In this document: piece after piece, positions 41,721-54,876 of the stretch
Layout: each line of letters starts with the position of its first letter
How positions within the stretch are numbered: position 1 is the first letter of the stretch
From: an uncultured Acidobacteriota bacterium
GTDB lineage: Bacteria > Acidobacteriota > Thermoanaerobaculia > Gp7-AA8
Direction of reading: 5' to 3'
DNA: 64,000 nt
Assembly: GCA_963741955.1 (NCBI GenBank)
Contig: CAVUKB010000001.1
Coordinates: forward strand, 288,001-352,000
Notes under the pieces: model-generated
The model's input: only the letters and a program-made list of their open reading frames with translations
What the model was told of the DNA's origin: nothing
The model's database searches: none
Translations under genes and position numbers: made by a program

Positions 41721-41796
41721 GCCTCCATAGCTCAATTGGTAGAGCAGCGGACTCTTAATCCGTTGGTTCTAGGTTCGAGTCCTAGTGGGGGCACCA
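41721..41796 (+). tRNA. tRNA-Lys (CTT)
   Basis: 76-nt cloverleaf, anticodon arm GCGGA-CTCTTAA-TCCGT, GGTTCGAGT T-loop, encoded CCA. Confidence 0.97.
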
Positions 41797-41818
41797 AAAC
41801 CAACTCGACGGTTCGACG

Positions 41819-41850
41819 ACCCTCGGACGCCGTTCCGGGGTTTTTGTTTT
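41819..41850 (+). terminator. Probable intrinsic terminator after tRNA-Lys
   Basis: CCCTCGGA...TCCGGGG followed by TTTTTGTTTT. Confidence 0.6.
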
Positions 41851-41868
41851 GAGGCGGACGCTCGTCGT

Positions 41869-41957
<89 letters not shown>

Positions 41958-42004
41958 CGACAGAGTCTTTGCCGACTCGAAACTCCTGAGACAGGAATGA
42001 TCAG

Positions 42005-43294
42005 ATGCTGAGTGAATTCAAAGACGTTTCCACCGTGAAGAAAATCGCGGAGATCGAGATTCCGGCGGACGAAGTGAAAAGTGAGCTGGACCGGGTGACG
42101 GTCGAGTTCTCCCGCCAGGCCAGGATTCCGGGCTTCCGCCCCGGCCACGTGCCACGAAACGTGGTGCGGAACCGTTTCGCCCGCGAGATCGAGGAGGAAG
42201 CGGTGCAGCGTCTTCTTCCGCGCTTCTTTCACGAGGCGCTCGAAGGGAAGGACCTCGAGACGGTCGGCAGTCCCGGCGTGAAGGAGCTGGGGAAGCTGGA
42301 AGAGGGACAGGCGCTGAAGTTCACGGCGGAGTTCGAAGTCAAGCCTCCGGTCGAGCTCGGCGACTACGGAGACATCGAGATCGAAGCCCCTTCCGTCGAA
42401 GTGGGCGACAAGGACGTGGACGAGATGATCGAACGGGTGCGGCAGCAGGGCGCTTCGTTCCGCACCGTCGACCGTCCAGCGGCGAAGGACGACTATGTTC
42501 TCGTCGACGTGACGAGCACCGCTGAGGGCGACGAGACTCCTCGCACCACGAGCGGATACACGATGCATCTCGGAGACGATGCGCCCCTCCCCGAACTGGT
42601 CGCTCTCCTGGAAGGTGCGACGGCGGGGGAGAAGCGGTCCCTCGACAAGGCCTACGACGAGGACGCACCGAACGAGGAAGTCCGCGGGAAGAGCGTTCGG
42701 TACGAAGTCGATGTGAAGGAAGTTCGGGTGCTGGAGCTTCCGGAGGTGAACGACGAGCTGGCGAAGAGCGCCGGGATCGCGGAGACCATCGAAGAAGCAC
42801 GAAGCAGAATCGCCGAGGATCTGAAGGGGCATCGGGAGCAGAGCGCGGCGCAGGCGCAGCGACGCCAGGCGAGCGACAGGCTCACGGAAATGCACCCGAT
42901 GGACGTCCCGTTGGCTTTGGTGGAGGAAGAGCTTCAGAAGTCGATGCGGAACTACGCGCGGTTCCTCTCGTCGCAGGGAGTGGAGCTGGAGCGGGCGGAC
43001 CTCGACTGGAACAAGATCGCCGAGGAATTCCGACCCGACGCGGAGAAGAGGGCGAGGCTGAACCTGGTGCTCGAAGCGATCGCGAAGAAAGAAGAGATCG
43101 TGGTGAGCGATACGGAAGTGGACGCGGAGATCCGGAAAGCGGCAGGGCCGAAGGAGTTTCCGGAGGTCAGGCACCGGCTTCGTGGCGACGGGGGATACGA
43201 AGGGTTGCGCGCATCGATGTTGCAGGAACGAGCGCTGGACCGGGTGGTCGAAAAGGCGCGGAAAGTGCCTGCCGCGGAGACGAAAGAGACATAA
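42005..43294 (+). CDS. tig: Trigger factor
   Basis: IPGFRPGHVP ribosome-binding motif; tig-clpP-clpX-lon synteny. Confidence 0.93.
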   Translation: MLSEFKDVSTVKKIAEIEIPADEVKSELDRVTVEFSRQARIPGFRPGHVPRNVVRNRFAREIEEEAVQRLLPRFFHEALEGKDLETVGSPGVKELGKLEEGQALKFTAEFEVKPPVELGDYGDIEIEAPSVEVGDKDVDEMIERVRQQGASFRTVDRPAAKDDYVLVDVTSTAEGDETPRTTSGYTMHLGDDAPLPELVALLEGATAGEKRSLDKAYDEDAPNEEVRGKSVRYEVDVKEVRVLELPEVNDELAKSAGIAETIEEARSRIAEDLKGHREQSAAQAQRRQASDRLTEMHPMDVPLALVEEELQKSMRNYARFLSSQGVELERADLDWNKIAEEFRPDAEKRARLNLVLEAIAKKEEIVVSDTEVDAEIRKAAGPKEFPEVRHRLRGDGGYEGLRASMLQERALDRVVEKARKVPAAETKET

Positions 43295-43368
43295 TCTGAG
43301 AGAGAGATGGGAGGAGGGCGCGACCGGAAGAGCGGCGCGTCGATCTCCTCCGAGCGGGGGTGTCCGAA

Positions 43369-43956
43369 ATGGTGTTGATTCCGATGGTCGTGGAGCAGAC
43401 GTCGCGAGGAGAGCGTGCATACGACATCTACTCCCGGCTGCTCAAAGACAACGTGATTTTCCTCGGTCAGCCGATCGACGACAACGTGTCGAACCTGGTG
43501 ATCGCGCAGATGCTCTTTCTCGAAGCGGAGAACCCGGAGAAGGACATCTGGATCTACATCAACTCTCCCGGCGGATCGATCACCTCGGGGATGGCGATCT
43601 ACGACGCGATGGAGTACGTGAAGCCTGCGGTTGCGACGATCTGTGTTGGGCAGGCGGCCTCGATGGCGGCGGTACTGCTCGCGGCGGGCGCGAAAGGGAA
43701 GCGTTACGCGCTTCCGAACTCGCGCGTACTGATTCACCAGCCGCTCATGTATGGACTCGGCGGTCAGGCGTCGGAGATCGATATTCATGCGCGCGACATC
43801 ATGAGGATGAAGCAGCGACTGAATCAGATTCTCGCCGATCACACCGGTCAGCCTATCGAGAAAATCGACAAAGATACGGACCGTGATTACATCCTTCAGG
43901 CGAGCGAGGCGGTGGAGTACGGTCTGATCGACCAGGTCATCACCCGCCGCGAATAG
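43369..43956 (+). CDS. clpP: ClpP protease proteolytic subunit
   Basis: [28 protein letters not shown]. Confidence 0.98.
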   Translation: MVLIPMVVEQTSRGERAYDIYSRLLKDNVIFLGQPIDDNVSNLVIAQMLFLEAENPEKDIWIYINSPGGSITSGMAIYDAMEYVKPAVATICVGQAASMAAVLLAAGAKGKRYALPNSRVLIHQPLMYGLGGQASEIDIHARDIMRMKQRLNQILADHTGQPIEKIDKDTDRDYILQASEAVEYGLIDQVITRRE

Positions 43957-43965
43957 AGTCCGAGC

Positions 43966-43996
43966 GGGCGCGACGCCACCGTCGCGCCCCTCTTTT
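43966..43996 (+). terminator. Intrinsic terminator after clpP
   Basis: GGGCGCGACG-CCAC-CGTCGCGCCC-CTCTTTT. Confidence 0.75.
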
Positions 43997-44156
43997 CGCT
44001 CCATGACCGGTCGCTCGGCCAGGCCGAACGGAAAGGCGCGGAGTGGACCTCGGAATTCCACCGGTACACGCGTTTTCGCGTGAGCCTCATCACCACTTCC
44101 CAGCGGAATGAAGTTTGATACTGGTCATGTTGGAGATCAGCGGAACCGCCGGGTTC

Positions 44157-44185
44157 TTGACACGCCCGCGACCGAGTAGAACAAT
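44157..44185 (+). promoter_or_regulatory. Sigma70-like promoter for clpX
   Basis: TTGACA-17-AACAAT. Confidence 0.6.
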
Positions 44186-44213
44186 GATTCAAACCAAAGG
44201 GGAAGAGCGCTAA

Positions 44214-45464
<1,251 letters not shown>

Positions 45465-45548
45465 CCCGCGCACACGACGGCCAATCAGCAGACGTGAGAC
45501 CAGACCCGTGCGGAAAGAACCGTGCGGGATCATACGATCGAATTGCAT

Positions 45549-47951
45549 ATGTCCGATTCCGAAACTCAGACCATTCAGTTGCCGCTCGTTCCGCTCCGGG
45601 ACATGGTGGTGTTCCCGTCGATGATGGCTCCATTCGTCGTCGGCAGGCGCGCCTCGATCCTCGCGCTCGAAGCGACTCTTTCGACCACCGAGAAGAGAAT
45701 CTTCCTCGCCACCCAGCGGGACCCGAAGATCGACGATCCGAAAATGGACGAGATCTACCAGGTCGGCGTGATCGCCACGGTGGTGCAGAACCTCAAGCTC
45801 CCGAACCACAATGTGAAGGTGATGGTGGAGGGAGTGGGGCGAGCGGAGATCGTCTCGTTCGCCGACTCCGACGAGGGCTTCGTCACGGTGGAGGTCCGGC
45901 CGCTCGAGGTGGACTGTCCACTCAGCTCCGAGATCACCGGATACATGAACAAACTGGTGGAGATCTTCGAGCAGTACGCGAAGATGTCCCACCATCTCGC
46001 GTACGAGGGAATCGCCTCGACTCTGAAGATGGACGATCCGGATCGCTTCGCGGATTCTCTCGCCTCGCATCTGCTGATCACCACTCCGGAGAAGCAGCAG
46101 CTGCTCGAGACGTCAAATCCCTATGAGCGGCTTCAGAAGCTGCAGGATCTGATCGAGATCGAGATCGAGAAGATCAACATCGACAAGCGCATCAACTCCA
46201 AAGTCAAAAAGCAGATGGAGCGTGCGCAGAAAGAGTACTACCTCAACGAGAAGATCAAGGCGATCCATCAGGAGCTCGGCCGCAAAGACGACCGCTCCGA
46301 CGAGATCGAGGAGTTGAAGGGAAAGATCGAATCCTCCGGAATGACCAAGGAGGCGAAAGAGAAGGCGCTGCAGGAGCTCAAGAGGCTGGAGACGATGCCC
46401 GGAGTTTCAGCCGAGGCGACCGTTTCCCGGAACTACATCGAGTGGCTCGTCGCCGTCCCGTGGACCAAGACCTCGCGTGAGATCAAGGACATCGACCGGG
46501 CGGAAAAGATCCTCAACGAGGACCACTACGGGCTGGAAAAGATCAAAGAGCGGATCCTCGAGTTCCTCGCCGTGAGACATCTGGTGAAGGGCTCCAGGGG
46601 AACCATCCTCTGTTTCGTCGGACCTCCCGGGGTGGGAAAGACTTCGCTCGCGAAGTCGATCGCCCGGGCGACCGGACGCGAGTTCGTTCGGCTCTCGCTC
46701 GGTGGCGTGCGCGACGAGGCGGAGATCCGCGGTCATCGTCGTACCTACATCGGTGCCTTTCCCGGACAGATCATCCAGAGGATGAAGAAGGCGGGGACGG
46801 TGAATCCGGTGTTCCTCCTCGACGAAGTCGACAAGATGTCGATGGATTTCCGCGGCGATCCTTCCGCGGCACTTCTCGAGGTTCTCGATCCGGAACAGAA
46901 CAACACGTTCGTCGATCACTACCTCGACGTCGAATACGACCTCTCGAAGGTGATGTTCATCGCTACGGCGAATGTGAGCCATACCATCCCGGCCCCTCTC
47001 CGTGATCGGATGGAGATCATCAACCTTTCGGGATACACGCACCTCGAGAAGCTCTCGATCGCCATACAGTTTCTCCTTTCCAAGCAGATCAAGGAGCAGG
47101 GACTGAGTGCGGAGAATGTCGATCTGACCCACGAAGCGATCGAGGAGATCATCGAGAGCTACACCCGGGAGGCGGGGGTGCGGAATCTCGAACGGGAGAT
47201 CGGATCCGTTTTCCGGAAAGTCGCCCGGATGGTGGTCAAGGAAGGAAACGAGTTCAAGATCGAGATCGAGCGGGAGAAGCTGAAAGAACTGCTCGGCAAG
47301 CCGCGCTTCCGTTCCCGCAAACGGGAAGAACAGAGCGAGATCGGAGTGGCGACGGGGCTGGCCTGGACGGAAGTCGGCGGCGAGCTGTTGAGCACCGAAG
47401 TCTCTCTCTCTCCCGGAAAAGGAAACCTGACCCTCACCGGCAAGCTCGGTGACGTGATGCAGGAGTCGGCTCGCGCCGCACTCTCTTACGTCCGCGCGCG
47501 CTCGGAAATGTTCGGGGTGGAATCCGACTTCCACGACAAAGTGGACATCCATATCCACGTTCCGGAAGGCGCGATCCCGAAAGACGGCCCGTCAGCGGGA
47601 ATCACCATGGCAACCGCGCTGCTCTCCGCGGTGACGCGTATCCCCATCCGCCAGGACGTCGCAATGACTGGAGAGATCACCCTCAGAGGGAAGGTCCTTC
47701 CGATCGGCGGCCTCAAGGAAAAGGTCCTCGCTGCGTCCCGCGCCGGAATCCATCGCATCATTCTTCCCATCGACAATGAACGGGATCTGGACGACATCCC
47801 TCAGGACGTTCGAGATCAGATGGAGTTTCACCTCGTGGAGTCGATGGACGAAGTCGTTCTGGTCGCGCTCGATGGCACGATTGTTCCATTGGCGGCCAAG
47901 GAGAAACTCTCCGAATCCGACGCCGTAGGCGGAGACGGGATGACTCACTGA
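45549..47951 (+). CDS. lon: Lon protease
   Basis: [23 protein letters not shown]. Confidence 0.98.
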   Translation: MSDSETQTIQLPLVPLRDMVVFPSMMAPFVVGRRASILALEATLSTTEKRIFLATQRDPKIDDPKMDEIYQVGVIATVVQNLKLPNHNVKVMVEGVGRAEIVSFADSDEGFVTVEVRPLEVDCPLSSEITGYMNKLVEIFEQYAKMSHHLAYEGIASTLKMDDPDRFADSLASHLLITTPEKQQLLETSNPYERLQKLQDLIEIEIEKINIDKRINSKVKKQMERAQKEYYLNEKIKAIHQELGRKDDRSDEIEELKGKIESSGMTKEAKEKALQELKRLETMPGVSAEATVSRNYIEWLVAVPWTKTSREIKDIDRAEKILNEDHYGLEKIKERILEFLAVRHLVKGSRGTILCFVGPPGVGKTSLAKSIARATGREFVRLSLGGVRDEAEIRGHRRTYIGAFPGQIIQRMKKAGTVNPVFLLDEVDKMSMDFRGDPSAALLEVLDPEQNNTFVDHYLDVEYDLSKVMFIATANVSHTIPAPLRDRMEIINLSGYTHLEKLSIAIQFLLSKQIKEQGLSAENVDLTHEAIEEIIESYTREAGVRNLEREIGSVFRKVARMVVKEGNEFKIEIEREKLKELLGKPRFRSRKREEQSEIGVATGLAWTEVGGELLSTEVSLSPGKGNLTLTGKLGDVMQESARAALSYVRARSEMFGVESDFHDKVDIHIHVPEGAIPKDGPSAGITMATALLSAVTRIPIRQDVAMTGEITLRGKVLPIGGLKEKVLAASRAGIHRIILPIDNERDLDDIPQDVRDQMEFHLVESMDEVVLVALDGTIVPLAAKEKLSESDAVGGDGMTH

Positions 47952-48095
47952 CACTCAAATGTCGCGCCGCTGCGGCTCCTCCCCCGGTGGGAGGCCTGCA
48001 GTTGACAATTGTGAGACAATAACAGGCAGCCCTTCGCCGGGACCTTCAACGCAGCGAAATCCAAATTCCCCCAGCGGGAAGAATCAACCCATAAC

Positions 48096-48686
48096 TTGGA
48101 AATCCGTTCAGTAAAGCTCGAGAGAGCGGCATACAGACCGGAGGACTTTCCCCGTGACGGGCGTCCACAGTTTGCGATCGCTGGGCGATCCAACGTGGGC
48201 AAGTCGAGTTTGATCAATACGATCCTCCGGCGGCGGGATGTGGCACGAGTCAGCCAGACGCCGGGAAAGACGCAGGCGATCCATTTCTATCTGGTCAACG
48301 AGCGTTTTTACATCGTCGACCTTCCCGGTTATGGATACGCGAAAGTCTCGCGGGCCGTCTCGACCTCGTGGGGAGAGCTGGTTCGAAGCTATCTGGAGAC
48401 GTCTTCGACGCTCCGAACGATCTTTCTGCTGCTCGACTCCCGAAGGGAGCCGGGCGAGCACGATCTTCAGATGAAGGTCTGGTCCGAGGCTACCGCGACC
48501 CGGTGGGTACCGGTCCTGACCAAGGTGGACAAGCTCTCGAACAACGAGTTGGTGAAGCAGTTACGCCGGATCGCGGCGGAGTTGGAGATCGAGCCGGAGG
48601 AGTTCATCCGGTTCTCAAAGGTGACAAGGCAGGGAGTCGATCAGTTCTGGCGTGAGATCGCCACCGGATGGGACCCGGCGCAATGA
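48096..48686 (+). CDS. engB: GTP-binding protein EngB/YihA
   Basis: [26 protein letters not shown]; follows lon. Confidence 0.95.
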   Translation: MEIRSVKLERAAYRPEDFPRDGRPQFAIAGRSNVGKSSLINTILRRRDVARVSQTPGKTQAIHFYLVNERFYIVDLPGYGYAKVSRAVSTSWGELVRSYLETSSTLRTIFLLLDSRREPGEHDLQMKVWSEATATRWVPVLTKVDKLSNNELVKQLRRIAAELEIEPEEFIRFSKVTRQGVDQFWREIATGWDPAQ

Positions 48687-48726
48687 ATTTCGCACCGCGA
48701 GCAGATCGCGGCGAGAGGTCAGGAAA

Positions 48727-50403
48727 ATGGATCAACAGCAACTGGAGAAATCGACCACCGGGGACGCACCGAGCGACGAGACCCCGGAAGTGACGACGGC
48801 AGCGGCGGAGAAGGCTCCGGAAAACGGGCAGCCAGCGGCTCGCGCGGAAAAGGCCGAGAAGAGCGAGAAGGCTCCCCGCCGGACGGCGAAGAGCGCGGCG
48901 GCGGAGAAGTCGTCCGAGAAGGCCGCCTCCGACAAGTCCGCGGAGAAGTCGTCCGACAAATCGTCCGAGAAGGCCGCCGAAAAGATCGCGGACAAACCCG
49001 TGGAGACGGAAAAAGCCGCGGAGAAGGTTGCCGACAAAGCGGCCGAGAAGCCGTCCGAGAAGCGCGCCGAAAAGGGCCGCGAGAATGGTGGCGAAAACGG
49101 CGGCGAGCGCTCCGCGCGCGGCAGGAAGGACGAGAAGCCATCGAACGGCGAGACTCTCGACATCCGGGTGCTCAAGGAGATGAAGCTGAGCGACCTGACC
49201 CGGCTGGCGAAAGAATTCGGCGTGGAGAACGCGGCGGGGATGCGCAAGCAGGATCTGATCTTCTCGATCCTTCAGGCGCAGACGGAGCGGAGCGGCTTGA
49301 TCTTCTCCGAGGGAGTGCTCGAGTGCCTCCCGGACGGATTCGGATTCCTCCGTGCCCCCGAGTACAACTACCTCCCCGGTCCGGACGACATCTACGTCTC
49401 TCCCTCCCAGATCCGCCGGTTCGATCTGCGGACCGGTGACACGGTCTCCGGCCAGGTGCGGCCACCGAAAGAAGGAGAACGCTACTTCGCGCTGATCAAG
49501 GTCGAAGCGGTCAATTTCGAGCACCCCGATGTGGCTCGGGAAAAGATTCTGTTCGACAACCTCACTCCTCTCTATCCGGAGGAGCGGATCCGGCTGGAAG
49601 TGGGGACCAACATGTCCTCGCGCGTCCTCGATCTGGTGGCGCCGATCGGGAAAGGCCAGCGCGGACTGATCGTCGCGCCGCCCCGCACCGGGAAGACGAT
49701 GCTCCTGCAGTCGATCGCCAACTCGGTCACCACCAATCACCCCGAGGTCACTCTGATCGTCCTTCTGATCGACGAGCGGCCGGAAGAAGTCACCGACATG
49801 CAGCGCTCCGTCAAGGGAGAGGTCATCTCCTCGACCTTCGACGAGCCGGCATCGCGACACGTGCAGGTCGCGGAGATGGTCATCGAGAAGGCCAAGCGTC
49901 TGGTGGAGCACAAGCGTGACGTGGTCATTCTTCTCGATTCGATCACCCGCCTGGCGCGCGCGTACAACACCGTGGTGCCGCCGTCCGGGAAGGTTCTCTC
50001 GGGTGGTGTCGATTCGAACGCCCTCCAGCGTCCGAAGCGATTCTTCGGCGCGGCCCGGAACATCGAGGAAGGGGGCTCGCTCTCGATCATCGCCACCGCC
50101 TTGATCGACACCGGATCACGCATGGACGACGTGATCTTCGAGGAGTTCAAGGGCACCGGTAACATGGAAGTGCATCTCGACCGGAAGCTCGCCGACAAGC
50201 GCGTCTTCCCCGCCATCGACATCAACCGCTCCGGAACCCGGAAAGAGGAGCTTCTGCTCGAAAAGGCGGAGCTCAATCGGATCTGGGTGCTCCGTAAGGT
50301 CTTCAGTCCGCTCTCGACGGTCGAGTCGATGGAGCTCCTTCTCGAGAAGCTCGAGAAGACTCGTTCCAATCAGGAGTTCCTCAATTCGATGAGCTCCATG
50401 TAG
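48727..50403 (+). CDS. rho: Transcription termination factor Rho with N-terminal low-complexity extension
   Basis: [46 protein letters not shown]. Confidence 0.98.
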   Translation: MDQQQLEKSTTGDAPSDETPEVTTAAAEKAPENGQPAARAEKAEKSEKAPRRTAKSAAAEKSSEKAASDKSAEKSSDKSSEKAAEKIADKPVETEKAAEKVADKAAEKPSEKRAEKGRENGGENGGERSARGRKDEKPSNGETLDIRVLKEMKLSDLTRLAKEFGVENAAGMRKQDLIFSILQAQTERSGLIFSEGVLECLPDGFGFLRAPEYNYLPGPDDIYVSPSQIRRFDLRTGDTVSGQVRPPKEGERYFALIKVEAVNFEHPDVAREKILFDNLTPLYPEERIRLEVGTNMSSRVLDLVAPIGKGQRGLIVAPPRTGKTMLLQSIANSVTTNHPEVTLIVLLIDERPEEVTDMQRSVKGEVISSTFDEPASRHVQVAEMVIEKAKRLVEHKRDVVILLDSITRLARAYNTVVPPSGKVLSGGVDSNALQRPKRFFGAARNIEEGGSLSIIATALIDTGSRMDDVIFEEFKGTGNMEVHLDRKLADKRVFPAIDINRSGTRKEELLLEKAELNRIWVLRKVFSPLSTVESMELLLEKLEKTRSNQEFLNSMSSM

Positions 50404-50440
50404 AGACAATGCAGAGACGATGTAGAGACGTGTAGAGACT
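50398..50440. repeat. Four approximately 11-bp direct repeats (ATGYAGAGACN) spanning the rho stop
   Basis: ATGTAGAGACA ATGCAGAGACG ATGTAGAGACG TGTAGAGACT. Confidence 0.75.
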
Positions 50441-50611
50441 TTCAGCGGCGCGACGGCTCGAGGATGCCGGTTTCTCGATGCTCGAGCCCGTTCCCAGTCG
50501 TCGGACAGGTCGGATCGTTCCGGCTTGTCCGACTTCGCGTTTCTGGAGACCGAACCGGCTCCTTCCGGCTCCGATGAAACGATTTCCCTTCCTGATACGT
50601 TTCACTGACAG

Positions 50612-53101
50612 ATGGCAAAGAAAAGAGTGATCCGCGATTTCGTCTGGCGCCACGCCGTCGGAATCGCTCTGATCGTGATGGCGATCTTCGTGGCGGGCAT
50701 CGGAGCCGTCGCGTACAACTACGTCGTCATCACCAAAAAATTCGATTCGAGCCGGCGTTGGGACGTTCCCAGCCGGATCTACTCGGATGCGACCGCGATC
50801 CTCCCGGGATTGACCTACCGCCGTTCGCTGCTCGAGCCGAAGCTCAATCAGGTCGGCTATCACGAAGTCGAATCGGAACCGTCCACGCCGGGTGAATACC
50901 GCTACACCGACGACGGGCTCGAGATCTACCTGAACAACTTCCGTTATCCGGACATGGACTTCCAGGGTCTTCCGATCCGGATCTCCCTGCATCGCGACCG
51001 GGTGGAAAAGATCACCCGGATCCAGGACGGCGTCACGCTGAGGGCCGTTCGGATCGAGCCGGAGCTGATCACGTCGATCTACGACGACGTGATGGAAGAC
51101 CGTGTGCCGATCGCACTCTCGGCGGTGCCGCAGAACCTGATCAATGCCGTTCTCGCAGGCGAGGACCGAAACTTCTTCGAGCACGAAGGGATCTCGATCC
51201 GCGGAATCGTCCGGGCAGCACTGACGAACCTGCGGAGCGGCGGCGTCAAGGCCGGAGGCTCGACCATCACCCAGCAGCTGGTGAAGAATCTCTTCCTCAC
51301 CCAGAAGCGCGACTTCTCGCGAAAGGCGCGCGAGGCGCTGATGGCCCTGATCCTCGAAGCACGCTACTCGAAAAAGGAGATTCTCGAGGCCTATCTCAAC
51401 GAGATCTACCTCGGTCAGAACGGGTCGGTGCAGGTTCTGGGTGTGGAGCGGGCAGCCCAGGTCTACTTCGGCAAACACGCGAAATACCTGACCCTCCCCG
51501 AGGCGGCCACCATCGCCGGGATCATTCCCTATCCGAACGGCTACTCGCCGTTCACCCATCCCGATCGAGCGCTGAAGCGGCGGAACCTGGTCCTCGGCGA
51601 GATGCACGATCTGAACATGATCGACGATGCCGGGTACCGGCGAGCCATCGCTGCGCCGATGAAGGTGAACCGTTTCCACAAGGCGATTCGAAGCGCGCCT
51701 TACTTCGTCGACCTGGTGATGAAACAGCTCCGCGAGACCTATCCCGACACGCAGCTCGAGACCGACGGACTCCGGATCTTCACTACGCTCGACACGATGA
51801 TGCAACGCTCCGCCGAAGATGCGCTCAGCGACGGCATCGCGAACCTGAAGAAGCGCTACTCCTTCATCCGTAAGAAGAAGGATCCTTTGCAGGGCGTCGT
51901 GCTGACCATTCAGCCGGGGACCGGCTACGTCAAGGCTCTGGTTGGTGGTACGGACTATCAGCGTAGCCAGTTCAACCGTGCGTTCCAGGCCCGGCGACAG
52001 CCGGGATCGCTCTTCAAGCCATTCGTCTATGCCGCGGCGATGAACCCGACGGAAGGAGCGAATACTCTCACTCCGTCGTCGTTCCTCGACGATTCTCCGA
52101 TCAGCGTCAAGATCGGCAATCAGGTCTGGGAGCCGCAGAATTACGACAACAGGTATCACGGACGGGTGAGCGTGAGGCAAGCGCTCGCGCACTCCTACAA
52201 CATCCCCGCCGTCCGTGCGGCGATCGATGCCGGTGTGCCGAACGTAGTCCAGATGGCCTCGAAGGCGGGCGTCCAGAGTCGTCTCGAGCCGTACCCGTCG
52301 ATCGCACTCGGAGCGTTCGAAGTGACGCCTCTCGAGATTGCTTACGCCTACAGCGTCTTCGCGAACGAAGGAGTCAAAGCCGAGCCGGTGAGCATACTGG
52401 CCGTGGCCACACGCGAAGGGAAGCTGCTGGAGAACCGCGAGGTGCGGATGAAGAGGGTGGCCCGCGCGGCGGTGACGTATGTGGTGAACAACATCCTCCA
52501 GGACGTTCTCGACTACGGGACCGCGGCGCACATCCGCGCGCTCGGCTTCGATCGTCCGTACGCCGGAAAGACCGGCACGACCAACAGCTATCGCGATGCG
52601 TGGTTCGTCGGGTATTCCCCGCGACTCCTCAGTCTCGTCTGGGTCGGTTATGACGATGGCGAGAATCTCCGCCTTGCCGGCGCGTCGGCGGCGATGCCGA
52701 TCTGGGCGGACCACATGGACCGGATCGTCGGAATGGTCCCCGAGGCCGATTTCCGCCGTCCGGACGACGTGGTGGAACGCCAGATCGACCCGGAGAGCGG
52801 AATGCTCGCGACGCCGTACTGCCCGGAGACCAGGAGTGAAGTCTACGTCGCGGGCACCGAGCCGACGCGATCCTGCGACCTCCACTCGGCGTGGGAGCCG
52901 TATCCCTGGCTTTCCGGGATGCGTCCCGACCAGCAGCCGGGTGGGGCGATCGGCGGAGAGCCGGATGTGCGGACTCCCGGCGCCCGGCAGGCGGAGGATG
53001 CACCACCTCGCGCGGACCAGCCCAATCCGGAAAAGAAAAAGAAGAAACGTGGTCTTCAGCGGTTGATCGACTGGCTTTTCAAGGACGACGGGGGCCGTTG
53101 A
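50612..53101 (+). CDS. mrcB: Class A penicillin-binding protein (PBP1b-like)
   Basis: EDRNFFEHEG, GSTITQQLVKN, SLFK, SYN, KTG; UB2H-like insert after the TM. Confidence 0.88.
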   Translation: MAKKRVIRDFVWRHAVGIALIVMAIFVAGIGAVAYNYVVITKKFDSSRRWDVPSRIYSDATAILPGLTYRRSLLEPKLNQVGYHEVESEPSTPGEYRYTDDGLEIYLNNFRYPDMDFQGLPIRISLHRDRVEKITRIQDGVTLRAVRIEPELITSIYDDVMEDRVPIALSAVPQNLINAVLAGEDRNFFEHEGISIRGIVRAALTNLRSGGVKAGGSTITQQLVKNLFLTQKRDFSRKAREALMALILEARYSKKEILEAYLNEIYLGQNGSVQVLGVERAAQVYFGKHAKYLTLPEAATIAGIIPYPNGYSPFTHPDRALKRRNLVLGEMHDLNMIDDAGYRRAIAAPMKVNRFHKAIRSAPYFVDLVMKQLRETYPDTQLETDGLRIFTTLDTMMQRSAEDALSDGIANLKKRYSFIRKKKDPLQGVVLTIQPGTGYVKALVGGTDYQRSQFNRAFQARRQPGSLFKPFVYAAAMNPTEGANTLTPSSFLDDSPISVKIGNQVWEPQNYDNRYHGRVSVRQALAHSYNIPAVRAAIDAGVPNVVQMASKAGVQSRLEPYPSIALGAFEVTPLEIAYAYSVFANEGVKAEPVSILAVATREGKLLENREVRMKRVARAAVTYVVNNILQDVLDYGTAAHIRALGFDRPYAGKTGTTNSYRDAWFVGYSPRLLSLVWVGYDDGENLRLAGASAAMPIWADHMDRIVGMVPEADFRRPDDVVERQIDPESGMLATPYCPETRSEVYVAGTEPTRSCDLHSAWEPYPWLSGMRPDQQPGGAIGGEPDVRTPGARQAEDAPPRADQPNPEKKKKKRGLQRLIDWLFKDDGGR

Positions 53102-53202
53102 CGCAGAGTCGGCGCGGGATTCGCATCCGGGCTCGACCGCAGCCGCCCGGTGTGATGGAATCCCATGCACCGAACATTCTGCCGGCGCATCATGAACTGA
53201 CG

Positions 53203-53976
53203 ATGGCTTTCACGCACTTATCGGAGCGACTCGCGACCCTCTTCGTCTACGTTGGCGAGCTCTCGATCCTGACCTATCAGACGATTCGGGAGAGCTTCCG
53301 GCGACCGTTCGAAGGGAAGGCCCTGATGCAGCAGTTCGAGGTGATCGGAGTCCGATCTGCCTCGATCGTATTCTTCACTGCGCTCTTCATCGGGATGGTG
53401 CTTGCGCTGCAGACCGCGTATTCGCTCTTCAACTTCGGAGGGAAGCTGTTCATCGGACGGGTGGTGTCGATCTCGCTCGTCCGGGAACTCGCGCCGGTGC
53501 TGATGGCGCTGGTGGTCGGCGCGCGCGTGGGCGCGGGAATGACCGCGGAGATCGGTACGATGAAAGTCACCGAGCAGATCGATGCGCTGCGTGCGCTCGC
53601 GACCAGCCCGGTGCGGAAGCTGGTCGTCCCGAAAGTGCTGGCCACCACGCTGATGCTCCCTCTTCTGACGACTCTCGCCTGCGCGATCGGGATTTTCGGC
53701 GGGATGATGATCGCGGTTTTCAATCTTCATCTGAGTGCGAACTTCTATTTTCGGAGTGTGGTGACCGCGCTCCGCTACAACGATCTCGCTTCCGGGATCG
53801 GTAAGACGTTTTTCTTCGGATTCGTGATCGCGGTTCTCGCATGCCACAACGGAATGCGGACGACCGGCGGCGCAGACGGAGTGGGGAGAGCGACTACCTC
53901 GACGGTCGTCACTTCGGCGATCTCGGTGCTGGTGCTCGATTTCTTCCTCACCAAACTCTTCCTGATCGTGACGTGA
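53203..53976 (+). CDS. mlaE: MlaE family ABC permease
   Basis: RELAPVL, AEIGTMKVTEQIDAL, GVGRATT. Confidence 0.93.
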   Translation: MAFTHLSERLATLFVYVGELSILTYQTIRESFRRPFEGKALMQQFEVIGVRSASIVFFTALFIGMVLALQTAYSLFNFGGKLFIGRVVSISLVRELAPVLMALVVGARVGAGMTAEIGTMKVTEQIDALRALATSPVRKLVVPKVLATTLMLPLLTTLACAIGIFGGMMIAVFNLHLSANFYFRSVVTALRYNDLASGIGKTFFFGFVIAVLACHNGMRTTGGADGVGRATTSTVVTSAISVLVLDFFLTKLFLIVT

Positions 53977-54818
53977 TGACGGAGCTGGCCGGGACGACGA
54001 CTGATTCGACGACCTCCGCGCCTCTCGAGGCGGGTCGGGAAGTCTTCGTCGAGTTCATCGACGTGCACAAGTCGTACGGGCGAAAGTCGGTCCTGCGCGG
54101 CGCGAATCTGAAGGTCTACCGGGGTGAAGTGCTGGTGATTCTCGGGGGTTCGGGCAGCGGAAAGTCGGTTACTCTCCGTCACATTCTCGGACTCGAACAT
54201 CCGGACGAGGGAGAGATCATCGTCGATGGCGAGGAGATCACCGGACTGCGCGAGGAGGATCTCTTCCGCGTCCGGATGAAATTCGGCATGCTCTTCCAGA
54301 GCGGAGCGCTCTTCGATTCCATGAGCGTCCTGGAAAACATCGCGTTTCCTCTTCGCGCACACACCGACGCAACGGAAGACGACATCCGTCGCATCGTCGG
54401 AGAAAAGCTGGCGCTGGTGGATCTCGCAGGAACCGAGGCCCTGATGCCGGTCGACCTCTCCGGAGGAATGCGGAAGAGGGTCGGCTTGGCGCGGTCGATC
54501 GTGATGGAACCCGAAGCGATTCTCTACGACGAACCAACTACGGGCCTCGATCCGATCACCGCCGAGACGATCAACGAGCTGATGGTCGGGCTCCAGACGA
54601 AACTTCACGTGACGTCGGTCGTCGTGACTCACGACATCCAATCGGCATTCTTCGTCGGCGATCGGATCGCGTTCCTGAACGACGGCGTCTTCGAATGGGT
54701 TGGAACGATGGACGAGGCGCGCGACTCCGATCATCCGGAGCTGCGCGCGTTCTTCAAATCGTCGAACGTGTCGGCGGCCCAGCCGACGACTGAGCGGCGG
54801 AGACGCCGCGAGGACTAA
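53976..54818 (+). CDS. mlaF: MlaF family ABC ATPase
   Basis: GGSGSGKS, FQSGALFDS, LSGGMRKRVGLAR, DEPTTGLDP. Confidence 0.93.
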   Translation: MTELAGTTTDSTTSAPLEAGREVFVEFIDVHKSYGRKSVLRGANLKVYRGEVLVILGGSGSGKSVTLRHILGLEHPDEGEIIVDGEEITGLREEDLFRVRMKFGMLFQSGALFDSMSVLENIAFPLRAHTDATEDDIRRIVGEKLALVDLAGTEALMPVDLSGGMRKRVGLARSIVMEPEAILYDEPTTGLDPITAETINELMVGLQTKLHVTSVVVTHDIQSAFFVGDRIAFLNDGVFEWVGTMDEARDSDHPELRAFFKSSNVSAAQPTTERRRRRED

Positions 54819-54876
54819 TGTCCGGGCGCCTCAGGTTCTCCGGAAAGTGGCGCAGTGCCGGGCTCGAGAAGAAGAG

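Noticed and set aside
48002-48025. TTGACA plus near-palindrome TGACAATTGTGA upstream of engB
   Set aside because: No -10 at proper spacing and no recognisable operator; too weak to call
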